NCBI RefSeq assembly: GCF_001194135.2
Contig: NC_068982.1
Span: 48,437,686 to 48,501,685, forward strand
Direction: 5' to 3'
DNA from: Octopus bimaculoides
Lineage: Eukaryota
DNA length: 64,000 nucleotides
Part shown: positions 47,706 through 61,256 of the stretch, piece after piece
How positions within the stretch are numbered: position 1 is the stretch's first letter
Layout of the letters: every line of letters starts with the position of its first letter
Translations under genes and position numbers: made by a program
Notes under the pieces: model-generated
Told to the model about the DNA's origin: nothing
What the model saw: the letters and a program-made list of their open reading frames with translations, nothing else
Databases searched by the model: none

Positions 47706-48840
47706 GCCTGTCTGTCTACTTTTCTTTTTTTCTTTCTAGCTACTTATCTACCTACATATTTATCAACAGCTCTACCTAACTGTGTCATGAAATACATATG
47801 CATCAACTTTCAGATTTTCTTACATTTTAAGCTAAAGTAATTTTGGCAACATAGTTAAAACATTATGACGTTTTTGTATTCAATATGGAAGCAGATGCAT
47901 ATATACTTGAAAAAAATGTTTTAAAGTTCTCTTATCCACCAGTTCATTTTTTTTGGCCTCCATGATTAGCACAGTGGTTTTAATGACTAATTACAAAAAT
48001 AATATCTAAATGACTGATAAATATAATGATCCCTAATAACTACAAAAGAAGTATTGTCACTTTCTTTCAGAAGTATTTCTATTAGATTAGTAAACATGTT
48101 GGCAAAAAAAAAAAAAAATAGCTAATATAAATAAATATTCAATAAAAAACTTAAAGTTCACTATAATAATGATTTCTCTAAGTATTATCAAACAACCTTG
48201 TAACTGATAATTACATCTAGTTTCTTAATTCCCTCTTATCTTATTTACAATTAGTTTGAACTTTAGATCTTTAGTAACCATCTAAAATTTTTATTTTGTG
48301 AGTTTTCTCCTTTTCTTTTATATATTTTTGTTTTATTAATATTAATTTTCGTTTGCATCTAATCCAATAATTTTTCTTTCACTTTCTTTTAAGCAGGAGC
48401 ATATGCTTTTTAAAGCACATACATAAGTCGAGTTTGGTAATTCCTTCTCTGGTGCTTCTTGCTTCATTAATTTCACCATTCATGTAGGTTGCTGTCTGTA
48501 AAATGTTACTGATTTTTCTGTTGGCTTCGAATTCATTTCTTGCTCTTTTGGTTATCAATAAAATTTCAGTATTTTAAACTTTTGTCTTTTAGTTTCAATT
48601 TTGTTGTTTCAGCATTTTTGGTAAGTTTTAAATTTAGCATTTTTCTTTAGAACTTTCAATATTACAATAATATATCCTCGTATTTCAAATTCATTTTCCT
48701 AATTTCAACTCATTCCATGATTCAAGAAAAATTCTGATATATATATGTTTCTATTCTTGGTCTCTTCATACATGAATATAAATGAATTCAATCTGAAAAT
48801 TAAGAAGAAATACAAAATATAAATATGCTTAGATCTATGG

Positions 48841-48895
<55 letters not shown>

Positions 48896-49071
48896 TTTAT
48901 TAATATTTAGCAGAAGCAACAAGGTGACTGAAGGGCTGAGGGTTTTGTACATTGGCACTTATCTCACAAAACTCTTGACCCTTGAGCCACTTTGTTGCTT
49001 CTGCTAAATATTAATTGAAATATACATATATTCATAATTTGAGTTTTATTTTTCTTGCTTGCATCACCATA

Positions 49072-49107
<36 letters not shown>

Positions 49108-49829
49108 CTGAAGAAAACATATCTGTAATAATTACTAACTGCATTTCAAAGTTGTTATTTTTTAAAAAATTTACAGTAATACTTTCTTTCAGATATATCA
49201 TTTAAAAAAAGTTTAGTTAAAATATTTGTTTATGATTTCCTTTTTATTCTCAAGAAATATCAAGTAATGTAAGTATTAAGCAGTAATTAAGAATATCCTT
49301 ATAAATTTAACATGTCTAAAATATATAATCTTTATTAATTTATGTATTTATTATGATTTTTTAATATTTATGCAAATATCATTTTCATCGTTTTTGTTTC
49401 AACAAGCAGGAAAAAATATTGCTTGACCAATATCATCAAAGTGCTTAGAGTAATAAAAATATAAAAACAAAAAAAATAATGTTTATATCAAAATAGTTAT
49501 ATAATTACATGATTACATATTTAAAACACAATATGTTTGCAACAGCATACATATAAGCATTCTGTTAAAGAATATTTATTATGATGATAAAAATAAGAAC
49601 AATAACATTAATCACTTCATTACAGGAGTAGATGACGTCTTAATTCACTATTAAACCTACCAAGATTCAAATAAATTATACTGTAGATTTCATGTAACTA
49701 GTTCTATATGAATGTTTATTCTCTAATTTTTCACATAACCAATAAAACCTGGCCTTGATACAGTTTGGTACTCTTTGCTTCTACATATCTTTCTTAGGGA
49801 TATTTTTTTCTCTTATGGTGATGAAAGTT

Positions 49830-50480
49830 GAGTAATGACTGATAGAGTGCGATCATAAATATGTGGCCAAAATAGATGTCCTCCGAATGAACTCTGGGTT
49901 TGTAGCTCAGAAATCAGAAAGCCTCTGAAGGTGAAGCCACTGAGAGGTCATAGCTCTGGTACTACAGATATGTAATTAGAATGTCACAGGAGAGAATCAC
50001 AAGCTAAATTCTTCAAGCTGAGCCAAACCAGTAGGATACTCAGGTAAAAGTTAAAAGTAATGTTACCTTCTTGAGTCATGCCAACTCACAAGGGCTGGTT
50101 TCCCGGTTTCAAGGGCATATAAATTTTCCACCTGGATGGGATGCCGGTCCATTGCAGGACTATTCAGTTTTGCCTGCTGAGTGGACTGGAGCAATGTGAA
50201 ATGTAGTATTTTGCTCAAGAACACAATGGGTTGCCCAGTCCAGGAATTGAAACCACAATCTTACGATCATAAGTCCAATACCCTAATTAAGTCATGCGCC
50301 TCCACTAGAAGACTTAAGGGTAGACTAAGATTGAGATGATGGTTGGATAATATCCATAACCTCAGTTGGTCATGCTTGGGAATCCAACTAGAAAGTCTAA
50401 TGATGCTTGCATCTGATAGGATCCAATGGTGGAGGTGTCTGAGGATTCTAAGCCCATGACCCATCCAGGAATAGTAGAAC
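49830..50480 (+). mobile_element. RTE (Rex3/Expander-like) LINE 3' remnant interrupted by a class B SINE (-, 50053-50305)
   Basis: LWYYRYVIRMSQERITS*ILQAEP continues as ...WLDNIHNLSWSCLGIQLE...DRIQWWRCL. An imperfect TSD taggatactcagg / tagaagacttaagg flanks the SINE. Confidence 0.65.
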
Positions 50481-51901
50481 ATAGTAGAAGATACATCTGG
50501 AGGAATATAGTAGAAGATACATGCACTTGTAGGGAGATTGACCCCAGAACCATATGGTTGGGAAGTAAACTACTTATCACACAACCACACCTATGCCTCC
50601 ATAAGATTTAATTGAAAGTTACACACTATTGATTTATGAAGAAATGAAGTTGTATAGTGTGACTAAACTGTAGATATACGTATAATGTGTTCTGCTCTTT
50701 ACTGTACATCTAAGCAACAAGTCATTCTTTGCTACACACGTATAATGCTACTGCTCTAATATACTCTATGATACTGAAAATGAAGTGTATATTTCTCAAT
50801 CACCCTTAATTTCAATTCTTTACAACTTGGGGCAACACATTCAAAGGTATTCTGCTTTTGATCTCTATACTTCACCTATTTCCAACTTCTTCAACTGTGC
50901 AGTATTGATATAATAAGTGCTGCTACTTATATCATTGAATTAGATTCAACAGTAAGATTGAAAAGTTACATATCAGAATAAAGCATTGGATCACATCAAT
51001 AACATGTTGAAACTGCGTTCAGTAAACTTGCCTGGAAATTAGATATCTTTCATGTAGACTACTTCAAACAGATTTGTTTTTAAGATCCAAGCCATCTCAC
51101 AAATCATCAGAAACTAAGATCCAACAAACCATTGATTATTATTTGGATGTATAGTGTAAATGTCTATCCTCAAGTATAACAGTACATTTTTTTCAAAATA
51201 AAACCAAACATATATGATATCCCAATGAGTTAAAATTTATAATGCTAAGACAGGCATTTAGGATACTTTGTATCTTTTTCTACCAGTCAACATTTATTTA
51301 TTTCTATTCTTGTTAGGTCCTTGAAACAGAAATTCCCTCAGGTTCAATTCAAACCTGACTTCAACTAGTATGCTACACAATTTAATGCATTTCTATATTT
51401 ACCAGTCCATATAGATATTTGAACTTAATAATAGTCATAATAGTCAATATTTAATAATATTTTAGCATCCTTTGCTTGATGATATCTAATTATTACTTTT
51501 CCTTCATTTCTGTTTACCATTATACACTTACAACTCAAACTATCTTTTTTCTCTTAAATATAAGAATTTACAAGCTTTTTCATTTTCCTTAGAGAACATT
51601 TTTATTTGATCATTGCAACTTTTTCAACAAATAATGTATTTTTTATCATTTTTATCATAACTGAGAATTATCATCACCATCATAAGAATAATCATCATCA
51701 TTTTAACATCTACATGTCAATGCTTGCATCAATTCAGATGGAATTTGCTGAGGCTGGTTTTCTATAGATAGATACCATTTCTGTTGCAGATTCTCACTCA
51801 TTTCCATGCAAGGTAATACTTCCCCATGACTAAACACACAAAATTGGAAACATCACTTGCATGATGGTGAGGATCCATTACATCCATTAAGCAATGTCAA
51901 G

Positions 51902-52015
<114 letters not shown>

Positions 52016-52179
52016 CACACATACATACAAATACATATATGACAGGCTCCTTCCAGTTTCTGTGCACTAAATCCACTGACAACGCTTTGATTAGCACAAA
52101 GCACTTGCCTAAGGTATCACATGGTGGAATCAAACTCCAAGTTTGGCAAGTAAACAACATGACCACACAGCCATGTCTA

Positions 52180-52380
52180 ATCTAGCTGGCAGATACATTA
52201 GCATGCTGGGCGAAAAGCTTAGCAGTATTTTGTCTGCTGGTACGTTCTAAGTTCAAGTTCCGCCGAGGTCGACTTAGCCTTTCATCCTTTCGGGGTCGAT
52301 TAAATAAGTACCAGTTACTCATTGGCGTCGATGTTATCGACTTAATTCTTTGTTTGTCCTTTGTGGGCAATAAAGAAATA
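52180..52380 (+). mobile_element. Class C SINE, well preserved
   Basis: CpG-retaining copy (ccgccgaggtcgac..cggggtcgat). Confidence 0.85.
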
Positions 52381-52589
52381 AATGTTTGAGTATTTGTGAT
52401 ATGCTTTATATGACCTTAACTATGGAACAAAACTAAAAACGTAATCAAAATCATTAACATAATGAAACAATGTTATAAAGACCTATAAATTTATACATCA
52501 GAAAAGAATAAGAAAATTTATAAAACCTGGAATTTTCATGAGTCCGCTAGCTCCAAAAGCATTTTTTAATTCTCTCTCTGTTTATTGCC

Positions 52590-52720
52590 TTGTGTTCCTT
52601 TCTGTTGAAGAGCATAGGCTCGAAACGTAAAAGACTTTCTCACCTTCCCAAGCATTAAACTAATACACCTATTTGTTGTTTATATATCTGTCTTCGTCGT
52701 TTGTTTTTCTGTAAATTTCA
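52590..52720 (+). mobile_element. Penelope-like terminal repeat fragment
   Basis: ctgttgaagagcataggctcgaaacgt followed by ...aaactaatacacc..ttgttgtttat..; a hammerhead-like motif at the 5' end is typical of PLE pseudo-LTRs. Confidence 0.55.
52598..52633 (+). ncRNA. Minimal type-I hammerhead-ribozyme-like motif (A6U variant)
   Basis: CTTT-CTGTTGA-A-GAGC(ATAG)GCTC-GAAA-CGT-A-AAAG. Stems I and II are perfect, stem III ACGT is palindromic, and the triplet is GUA. Confidence 0.5.
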
Positions 52721-53779
52721 ACTATATCTATATCTATATCTATCTATCTATCTATCTATTTTTATATATTTATATATATATATATATATACTTACATGCA
52801 CACATATATGTATATACAATGCACCTCTTTCAGTTTTTGTTTACCAAATCCACTCACAGGGCTTTGATTGGCCTGAGGCTGTAGTAGAAAACAATTGCCC
52901 AAGGTACCATGCAGTGGGACTGAACCTTGAACCATGTAATTGGGAAGCAAGCTTCTTACCTCACAGCCATGCCTTTAAGCATTACAAATTTGATGTATGT
53001 TAAGTTAAAGAATTGAACTATTGTATATAAACATGAAAATGTGTGTGTGTGTATTACATGTGTATCTTCTGACATCTATATTTTTGTTAAAATGTTTGCA
53101 ATGTCTTGAAATAAATGCTTCTCCCTCTCCCTTTTCCTCCTTCTCCCTATTGTTCTCCTCCCTCCATACAGGCTCTTGGTCTATCACTTTTGTTATCACA
53201 CTTGTTCATTAGTTATGTTAAACAAACTAATCCAACCTTGTACTTAAACTGATATCATTCTTATCTCTTGGAAACTTTATATTTTATCACATACTGAACT
53301 TAGCAGACACACACTCACATGCTTGTGCACATTCATACAAGCCAAGAGACTGCATGTGATCATTTGATCTGCAAGAAAATGCAACAATCACTCAGCAATC
53401 ACATTCTACTGTTTGAAAAAAGAAGACCAAAATGGATAATACGGTTCTAGAATGAAAGCAAAAAAAAAAAAAAAGAAAAAAAGAAACGAAAATGTATAAA
53501 GGTTTCCTAATATCATCATCATCATCATTATCATCACCACCATCATTTTATGTCCACTTTTCCATGCTTGCATGGGTTGGATGGAGTCTACTGAGGCAAA
53601 TTTTCTATGGCTAGGTGCCCTTCCTGTTGCCAACCCTCACTAGTTTCCAAGCAAGGTAATATTTTCCCATGTCCAAGTATGTTTACGCAGAATGTTGGGA
53701 ATGAATGACATTTTCTCATGAGAATATATGATAGCTCATTTCAGCTGGGAGACAAGAATATGATAGAAACACTCTCAAT

Positions 53780-53942
53780 AGGTGCAGGCTGGTTATGTGG
53801 TAATAAAGCTTGCTTCCCAGCCACATGGTCCCAGGCCCAATTCCACTGCATGGTACATTGGGCAAGTGTCTTCTATTATAGCCTCAGGCTGACCAAAGCC
53901 TTGTGAGGGGATTTGGAAGATGGAAACTGAAAGAAGCCAGTC

Positions 53943-53990
<48 letters not shown>

Positions 53991-54215
53991 ATGTGTGTGT
54001 GTATTTCTGTCTGTGTTTGTCCATTGCTTGACAATCGATGGTGGTGTGTTTATGTACCCATAACTTAGTAGTTCAGCAAAAGAGACCGATAGAATAAGTA
54101 CTAGGCTTACAAAGAATAAATCCTGGAGTCGATTTCTTCAACTGAAATCCTTTAAAGTGGTGCTCCAGCATGGCCACTGTCAAATGAATGAAACGTGTGA
54201 AAGAATAAAAGAATA
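53780..54215 (+). mobile_element. Class A SINE, full length
   Basis: Head/core, (AT)n(GT)n and tail. Confidence 0.9.
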
Positions 54216-54399
54216 TTTATCTGTTAGGTTCTTATTGAGGAATAATCAATACATTAGTGGTTGATAATATTTTATATCTTAACTAGATTAGAAAAGTCAA
54301 ATGATGATGATGGTGATAATGACAACAATGAAGGTAAAAATGATGACGTCGATGATAATAGTTATTTCTGATATAGACACAACACCAGCAATTTTGAGA

Positions 54400-54775
54400 T
54401 GGTGGTAGAACATTCATCAACAGGTGCTTGCATAGTATACTTAAAATCAGATGGCCTGAACACATAAGCAATATGGAGCTATGGCAAAGAACGAATCAAG
54501 TTTCGATTAGGGAGCAAATATTTAAGAAAAAGTGGAAGTGGATTGGTGGCACAATTAGAAAAGACACACTAAATGTAGCAAAAAGTGCTTTACAGTGGAA
54601 TCCGAATGGATATAGAAAGAGGGATAGGCTTAAGAACTTGTGGTGTAGATCAACACAAAAGGAACTAGAGAAAGGGGGACATTCATGGCAGAGTATAAGT
54701 ACAGCAGCGAAAAATTATGCGACATGGAATTCAATTATAAGTGGCCTATACTCCGCGTTAGAGGGTTAAAGGCAA
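54400..54775 (+). mobile_element. RTE-clade LINE 3' end, frame still open (about 120 aa)
   Basis: TFINRCLHSILKIRWPEHISNMELWQRTNQ...KWKWIGGTIRK...ALQWNPNGYRKRDR..LW resembles the C-terminus of SR2/SR3-type RTEs. Confidence 0.85.
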
Positions 54776-56329
54776 GAAAAAAAGGTAGGGTTAGTTGATA
54801 TAATCAATAGTACCTGACTGGTAATTTATTTTATTGAATCCAAAAGGATGAAAGGCAAAGCTGACTCTTGTAGGATTTGAACTCAGAATGGAATTGAGAT
54901 GGAAAAAAGACCACAAATCAGGTTTTCTGATTTTTTAAAACTAATTTTCCAACAAAACTCACATCACCCACCCACCATGCACAACAGAACAAACTGTAAT
55001 ATAATACAAGAAAGAACAGGCTAAACCATAGAGCACCTCAAAATTGTTGACCTTGTGTCTATATTAGGAATAATCATTATCTTTTTTACCTTCATTGCTG
55101 TCATCAGCGTCACCATCATCATTTGACATTGCTAGTCTAGTTAAGATATATGATATTTTACAAGCAACTTACACATGCAAGTGCTACCAGTCGAAAGTTT
55201 GGTGCAGTCTTCTGCCTGGCTAGCTACTGTCAAACCGTCCAACCCATTCCAGCATGGAGGGAGGACGTTAAACAATGATGATGATGATGATAAATAAAAA
55301 TCTAACACATAAATATTGATAGTGTTTCAACTGTAAGTTTGTCTCATAACTGAAACAAACTATTATTTATTCTCATGTGAAAATCGTGCATTTTCTTTAA
55401 GTTTGAAATTGTCACATCAGCTATTACATGGATACTACTGTTGAGAGGCTGAAATTTATGCTGGAATCCAAAATACCATAACAGTAACAGACTCCCAAAT
55501 GATCTCTTAACCGACAATAAAAAAAGAAAACAATGAAGTATAATAATAAAAATATATTTGCACATCAGAATACACACTTCCTAATAATTTTGTGTCTTTG
55601 TATCTCCTGTCCTAACATCAAGTGATAGCTATAATGGAGTGTCACCATCATATTTCAGTGTTATTTGGTTCCATTGTTCTGTAAAAACATATCTGGCCAA
55701 GAGGAAATATTACTTTACTTGAGAATAGGTGAGAATTGGTAGCTATAGAAAATTTGCTTCAATGAATTCCATCTGATCTATGCATACTTGGAAAACTGAA
55801 TGTTAAAAGGAGTTAAAATGATGATGTATAATACATACATACAAATGAACACGCACACACACATTTTGTAATTGGTTGGAGATGGCAAAATGTAAGCTTT
55901 CGTGAAAACTTTAGGCTAATACAATATCAAATCTAATTATTTGGTGTCAGAAAAGGTGGGTAAATTCTGTCTGAGAAGTTAGAATACAACTTCTTAGCAA
56001 TTAAAAATTTGCGAAGCTGAATGTTTATTCAAAATGGAAACTTGCATGAAAAAAAAAAAAGATAAATAAATAAAAATAAAAAAATTGCTGGGTGACAGAC
56101 TGTGACATTCACTATCACATGCAAATGATATCCTATTAAGCTTGATATGAAACAGTCTGTAACAGTCTGTAATAGGACAACTACCAGATTAAAGTTTAGA
56201 TAATGAATGTTAAATTGATCAAAAGGAAGTGTATTTGGTGAAAAAATATAACTACAGTAATAAAAGCAGCAAAGACAATTGTATTTCCATTAATCTGTTC
56301 TCTACCCCAAATTATGTGCTAATGTAATG

Positions 56330-58135
56330 CTTGGCTCAGACCTCCAATCAAAGCATGACAAAGTAACATTTAATTTATAACACAAATGTTATAAATGTCA
56401 TACTAACACCAACCTGCAATATCAGTTTGTGGATTGAGTATTCTTAACATTGACCTTCCTGATCTTGCCAGCCTGACATCTGACTATCATTGTAATACTA
56501 CAAAGTTACACCAATAGTCACACCAATTTATAGTTCATTAGATGGGAGATTAACAGATTATTAAAGGAGAGAATAAAAGAGTCAAAGCAAATCACCTTCA
56601 AAAGCTTAGATTCTAGTAACAAAGGATGAAAACCAAGAGAAATGTCTAGTCATTGACAATTCACATGCCATCAATATATTCACACAGCTGGATGCATTCC
56701 CATTATCTCACATAACAGATATTGTCAATAAAATAGCTCAATATTCTGTATTTAGCACCATTGATCTCTGCAGTGCTTATCATGAAATACCAATTAAATT
56801 TGAAGAAAGGCCATATACTGCATTTGAGGGAGACAATAGACTATATCAATTTACCTGAGCACCGTTTGGAGTAACAAATTTGCCAGCTTTCAGCAGCAGA
56901 CGAACAAGTTTCTCAAAGAAGAAGAGTTGTCTGCTGTATTCTCCTTTCTGGATAACATTACTTTTTGCAGTAATTATCAACAGAGTCATAATTACAAACT
57001 TTCTCATTTTCTATGTGTTACTAAGAAGGAAAATATCCCAGCTAATGATGAAAAGTGTGTATTTTCTACACAGAAGTTAGATATTTTTGGTGATATTGTT
57101 GAAAAGAGTGAAATTAGGCCTAATCCTGAATAATGAGCACCTCTCCACAAACCTCCTTTTCCACAAAATACGAAACAACTAAGGACTTTTCCTTACTATT
57201 TTAAATAGGTTCCAAACTTTTCTGAATGCATAAAATCATTTTTGGGTATTACAGAAAGGCCTGTATCTGAAAAGGCTATGTGGACATTTGATCAATTTAA
57301 ATGTTGAAGAGGCAGTAACATCTATTGATGAGAATATTACTTTTAAAGTCCAGAGTGATACTTCAGATTACACTATTGCTACCAGCCCAAACCAAAAATG
57401 TTTCCTGTTACTTTCTTCTCTCATAAACTTAAATATTCTTCCATGGAAAAGCCATCATCAAATCTATTAAATATCTGAAAGTCCATTATCTTACTTCAGA
57501 ACACTTTATTCTAAGGGCTGATCAGAAGTTAGTTGACTATAAATTTAATCAATATCATAAAGGTAAAATGATGACTGATAGGATCATGCATTGAAGAGTA
57601 GATCTTTCAGGTCATGAGTTCAACATTGAATATTGACTTGATAAAGATAATATAACTTTGGATATGTTATATCAATCTACTATAGCATCTACTCAAGCGT
57701 CCTGTACAAATCTTTGTGCCATTTATAAGTAAGCTGAATAATTTTGTCTGCAGATATAATCTAGAATTTACAATGGAAGAAATAAAGAAAGTAACAAATT
57801 TCTGTCAGGTTTGTTGTAAGTTTAAGTCATAAGCATTATCATACATAGAAAACATATAATTAAAGTAACACAACCTTTTGAACAGCTTAATGGTGATTTC
57901 AAAGAGTTCTTACCAACAAATAATAAGACCTAATAATTAGTTAACATTATAGATGAATATTCATGTTTCCATGTCTAGATATGATGTCATCTAATGTCTT
58001 GTGTTTTCTACATTTAGTTTACCAGTGCCTAACCATTTTGATCATGGAGCATCTTTATGATTTAGGAACTTTGACAATTTTATCTGTGAAATGAGTTGTT
58101 ATAAGGAGGAAAAGCCTAACCAGTAAACTAAGCAC
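56330..58135 (+). mobile_element. Decayed Ty3/Gypsy pol (RT - RNase H - integrase), no LTRs seen
   Basis: FTQLDAFPLSHITDIVNKIAQYSVFSTIDLCSAYHEIPI...TAFE..LYQF..PFGVTN, FLDNIT, F-VQSDTSDY-I, and integrase-like CQVC and IIDEYS. Many stops and frameshifts. Confidence 0.85.
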
Positions 58136-58349
58136 CTTCACAAAATACATTCATCATCATCGCTATAACCATTTAACGTTTGGTTTCTTTGCTGGTATGG
58201 GTTGGATGGTTTGACAGGAGCTGGCTGGGCAAAAGACTGCATCCGACTTCTGTTTCTATTCTGGCACACATTTTACAGCTGGATACCCTTCCTAACACCA
58301 ACCACCCAGCAGAGTGAACTGAGTGCTTTTCATGTAGCACCAGCACAGG

Positions 58350-58955
58350 TGAGGAATATGAATAATAGGGCTATTGATAAAATTAATCAAGTTGAAGGTG
58401 ATATTGTCAGGCTGGTCTTCTGCATGCACAGAAGTTTCCCCACTGTGAGTAACACAGGACTTGAGGCACCTAAAATCACAGATCTTCTTGAGTCATATAC
58501 CACTGTTGTTACAGCTTAACTGGAAACTCTCTCATCTCCAGTGATAATCATGTATTCTATCATCCTTGCACAGAGATAGACCAAATCCAGCTGAAACAGT
58601 CCTAGCAGGTGCTAACAAGTCTTGTGCATCACACAGCTTATGAGCTGCAATGGCATGATCTCCAGCACAGCCAAAATAAAACACCTTGCTGATGACCTGA
58701 CCATCTTCACCGAACAGTGCGGAATGCATCCTAAACAAGGCCAAGATACTATCTGAGAATGCAGTCCACAACAACCGCAAAGGCAAAAAAAGAAGCAGAG
58801 TGTCTTTCTGAAAGATAATTGTTTCTGCCAAAATTCTCTCTAAGGGTGGGTTTTGCTGGTATTCCTGAAGTGCTAGGTAGCAGGTAATATCAGTTATTGT
58901 TTTGGAGACTTCTGCACTGTGGTGGGAGACGAGAAGTACTTGGTTGCATTGAAGC
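58350..58955 (+). mobile_element. Old non-LTR RT remnant (RTE/L2-like)
   Basis: PKITDLLESYTTVVTA, KHLADDLTIF (YADD-like) and degenerate FG-L-TVW-DK segments. Confidence 0.55.
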
Positions 58956-59097
58956 TGTTGGCAAAAACACAGAGCATAGGTTGGGGTTCGGTTGAGGCTG
59001 ATGGATAAGAGGATAAAGATTCCTGGTGCAGCATTGTGAAACACATCTTCCTCGCAGCCACTTGAAGACAAATACACACATGCACACAAACATGCAT

Positions 59098-59140
<43 letters not shown>

Positions 59141-59160
59141 CACACGCNNNNNNNNNNCAT

Positions 59161-59203
<43 letters not shown>

Positions 59204-59221
59204 CACACGCACACACACACA

Positions 59222-59458
59222 CAATGCAGCCAGATAGTTCTTATCTCCTACCACAGTGCAGAAGTCGCCAAAACACAACATCTGAAATAACCTGTCACCT
59301 AGCACATCAGGAATGCCAGTAAAGCTTACCCTTAGAGAGAATTTTGCAGAAACAATGGTCCTTCAAAAGGACATTCTGGCTCTCTTTGCTTTTGTGTTTG
59401 TAGTGAACTGCATCATCAGAAGTATCTTAGCTCTGTTCAGGATGAGTTCCTCACTGTT
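59222..59458 (-). mobile_element. Inverted second copy of the 58712-58951 LINE segment
   Basis: Its reverse complement aligns with 58712-58951 at roughly 75-80% by eye. Confidence 0.75.
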
Positions 59459-60040
59459 GATTTGTTCTATATAGTTAAAATGAATTGTTTTAATAGTTAA
59501 AGGCAAGATAGAAAAGCTATAAATAATAACATGTAAATATTGGATTAAAGAAACCCTTTTGTAAGAATAAATTTTTTTAAATGCATAAAGAAATTTGAAG
59601 GATTGCTTTGGTCAAAAGGTAGAACATCCATCATGTTTACAGAAGATGTATGCTCAAGTCACACGGGTGGCCTTCGACTTTTTCTATCCAAAGGGCTTTT
59701 TTTTAACCCAATAGTAATATGCTATTATTCATAACTTTACTACTTGAAGTTCAACTTTTGAAAAGGATTTATTTCATGTTCTCTCGAAGTTTCTAAATTC
59801 TTATGACATCATCCTCAACAACAGCAACAACACACACGTATTAATGGTACATATTGATTTACATTTGCATGCATTTTTTCATGATTCTATTCTTTTCTAG
59901 CTGTTTTTCTGAAATGATATAGACATAATCCATTGAACAATAGTAATGAGCCAAATAAAATGTCATTCTACAGATGCATGAGGAGAATATTATTCTATTT
60001 TCTCTTCTATTAGAAGGATAGAGTGGGAAAGAGAAAGAAA

Positions 60041-60081
<41 letters not shown>

Positions 60082-60989
60082 GGGAGAGAGAGAGAGAGAG
60101 AGAAAGAGAAGAGACAGCACTTAAAAAAAAACCATTCAGAGATGCATACAAAATATTTTGCTGATATAAATATTCTATCTTGTTTTGTATTTATGTATTT
60201 ACAACAATTCTGATATATTACATTTAGATATCATATTCATTGTTTTCTTATTCTAATGTAAGAGATATATTTATATTAAGTATTATTCACATTCGTGGAA
60301 ATAATCTTGGAGGCATAAATATATTAAAACGTGAAGAAGAAATAAGATTTAACCTAGTTTCAAATGTAATGTAAACAACTTTTTTAGTTTGCACTGCATC
60401 TCTATTGTCCATCAATATGTTTATCTCAATTTATAAATGCTATCTGTAATATATTATTATTATTATTGTTATTATCATTATTATTATATTTATTATATTA
60501 TCATTTTTAATGTTAAGCTTACCTTCATAATGATTCATAATATTATTGTGATCTGCTGCCAATTCATTTTTTATATTTTATAAAAACGTATATTAAGTAT
60601 TGCTTATTGAGATATACCATATTTATACAATTATATTCAGGAATTAGGTCATAAATATTGCATGGTTTTAAAAATGAATTGCAACAAATTCTTCAGATAA
60701 AGCATACTTACACACACACACAAAACACACACACACAAAACACACACATGCACATATGTTAAAGTTATATTAATAATAATTTTGATTTGTTTCATGTATG
60801 TCAGAAATATCATGCACATTTGTATTTAAAAAAAAAGGAAAATACTATGGAGGAAGTACCTGAGGAAATGAAAATTCTATGGAGGAGGCACCTGAGAACT
60901 CTACCCTAGCAACCTCTTCAGGAATAGGGGGTAGAGGAGATGGACGATTGGATAAAACAGTGGATAAAATACCTTCTGAATTTTATTAA

Positions 60990-61198
60990 CCTGTTAACTA
61001 TACCATGTTTCATTATCGATCTGTTACTGGATGAGTGATGCATTTTATTCTTGAGTAAAACACTTCATCTCATTGCTCCAGTTCACCCAGCTGTAACTGA
61101 GTAACCTTGTGATGGATTGGTATTCTTTACAACAATGCAAGGAAGTGCATTGTGACCAGCAATGTATAACAACATCTGATAGTCTGGTCAATATGGTG

Positions 61199-61200
<2 letters not shown>
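60990..61200 (+). mobile_element. Class B SINE with tail type iii
   Basis: Central domain plus a caatgcaa..gcattgtgaccagc.atgt..aacaacat tail shared with 63605-63850. Confidence 0.7.

Positions 61201-61256
<56 letters not shown>

Noticed and set aside
58532-59305. 257-aa ORF, the longest not dominated by gap sequence
   Set aside because: It strings together an inverted LINE arm, a (GT)n tract, a 10-N gap and the antisense of the other arm.
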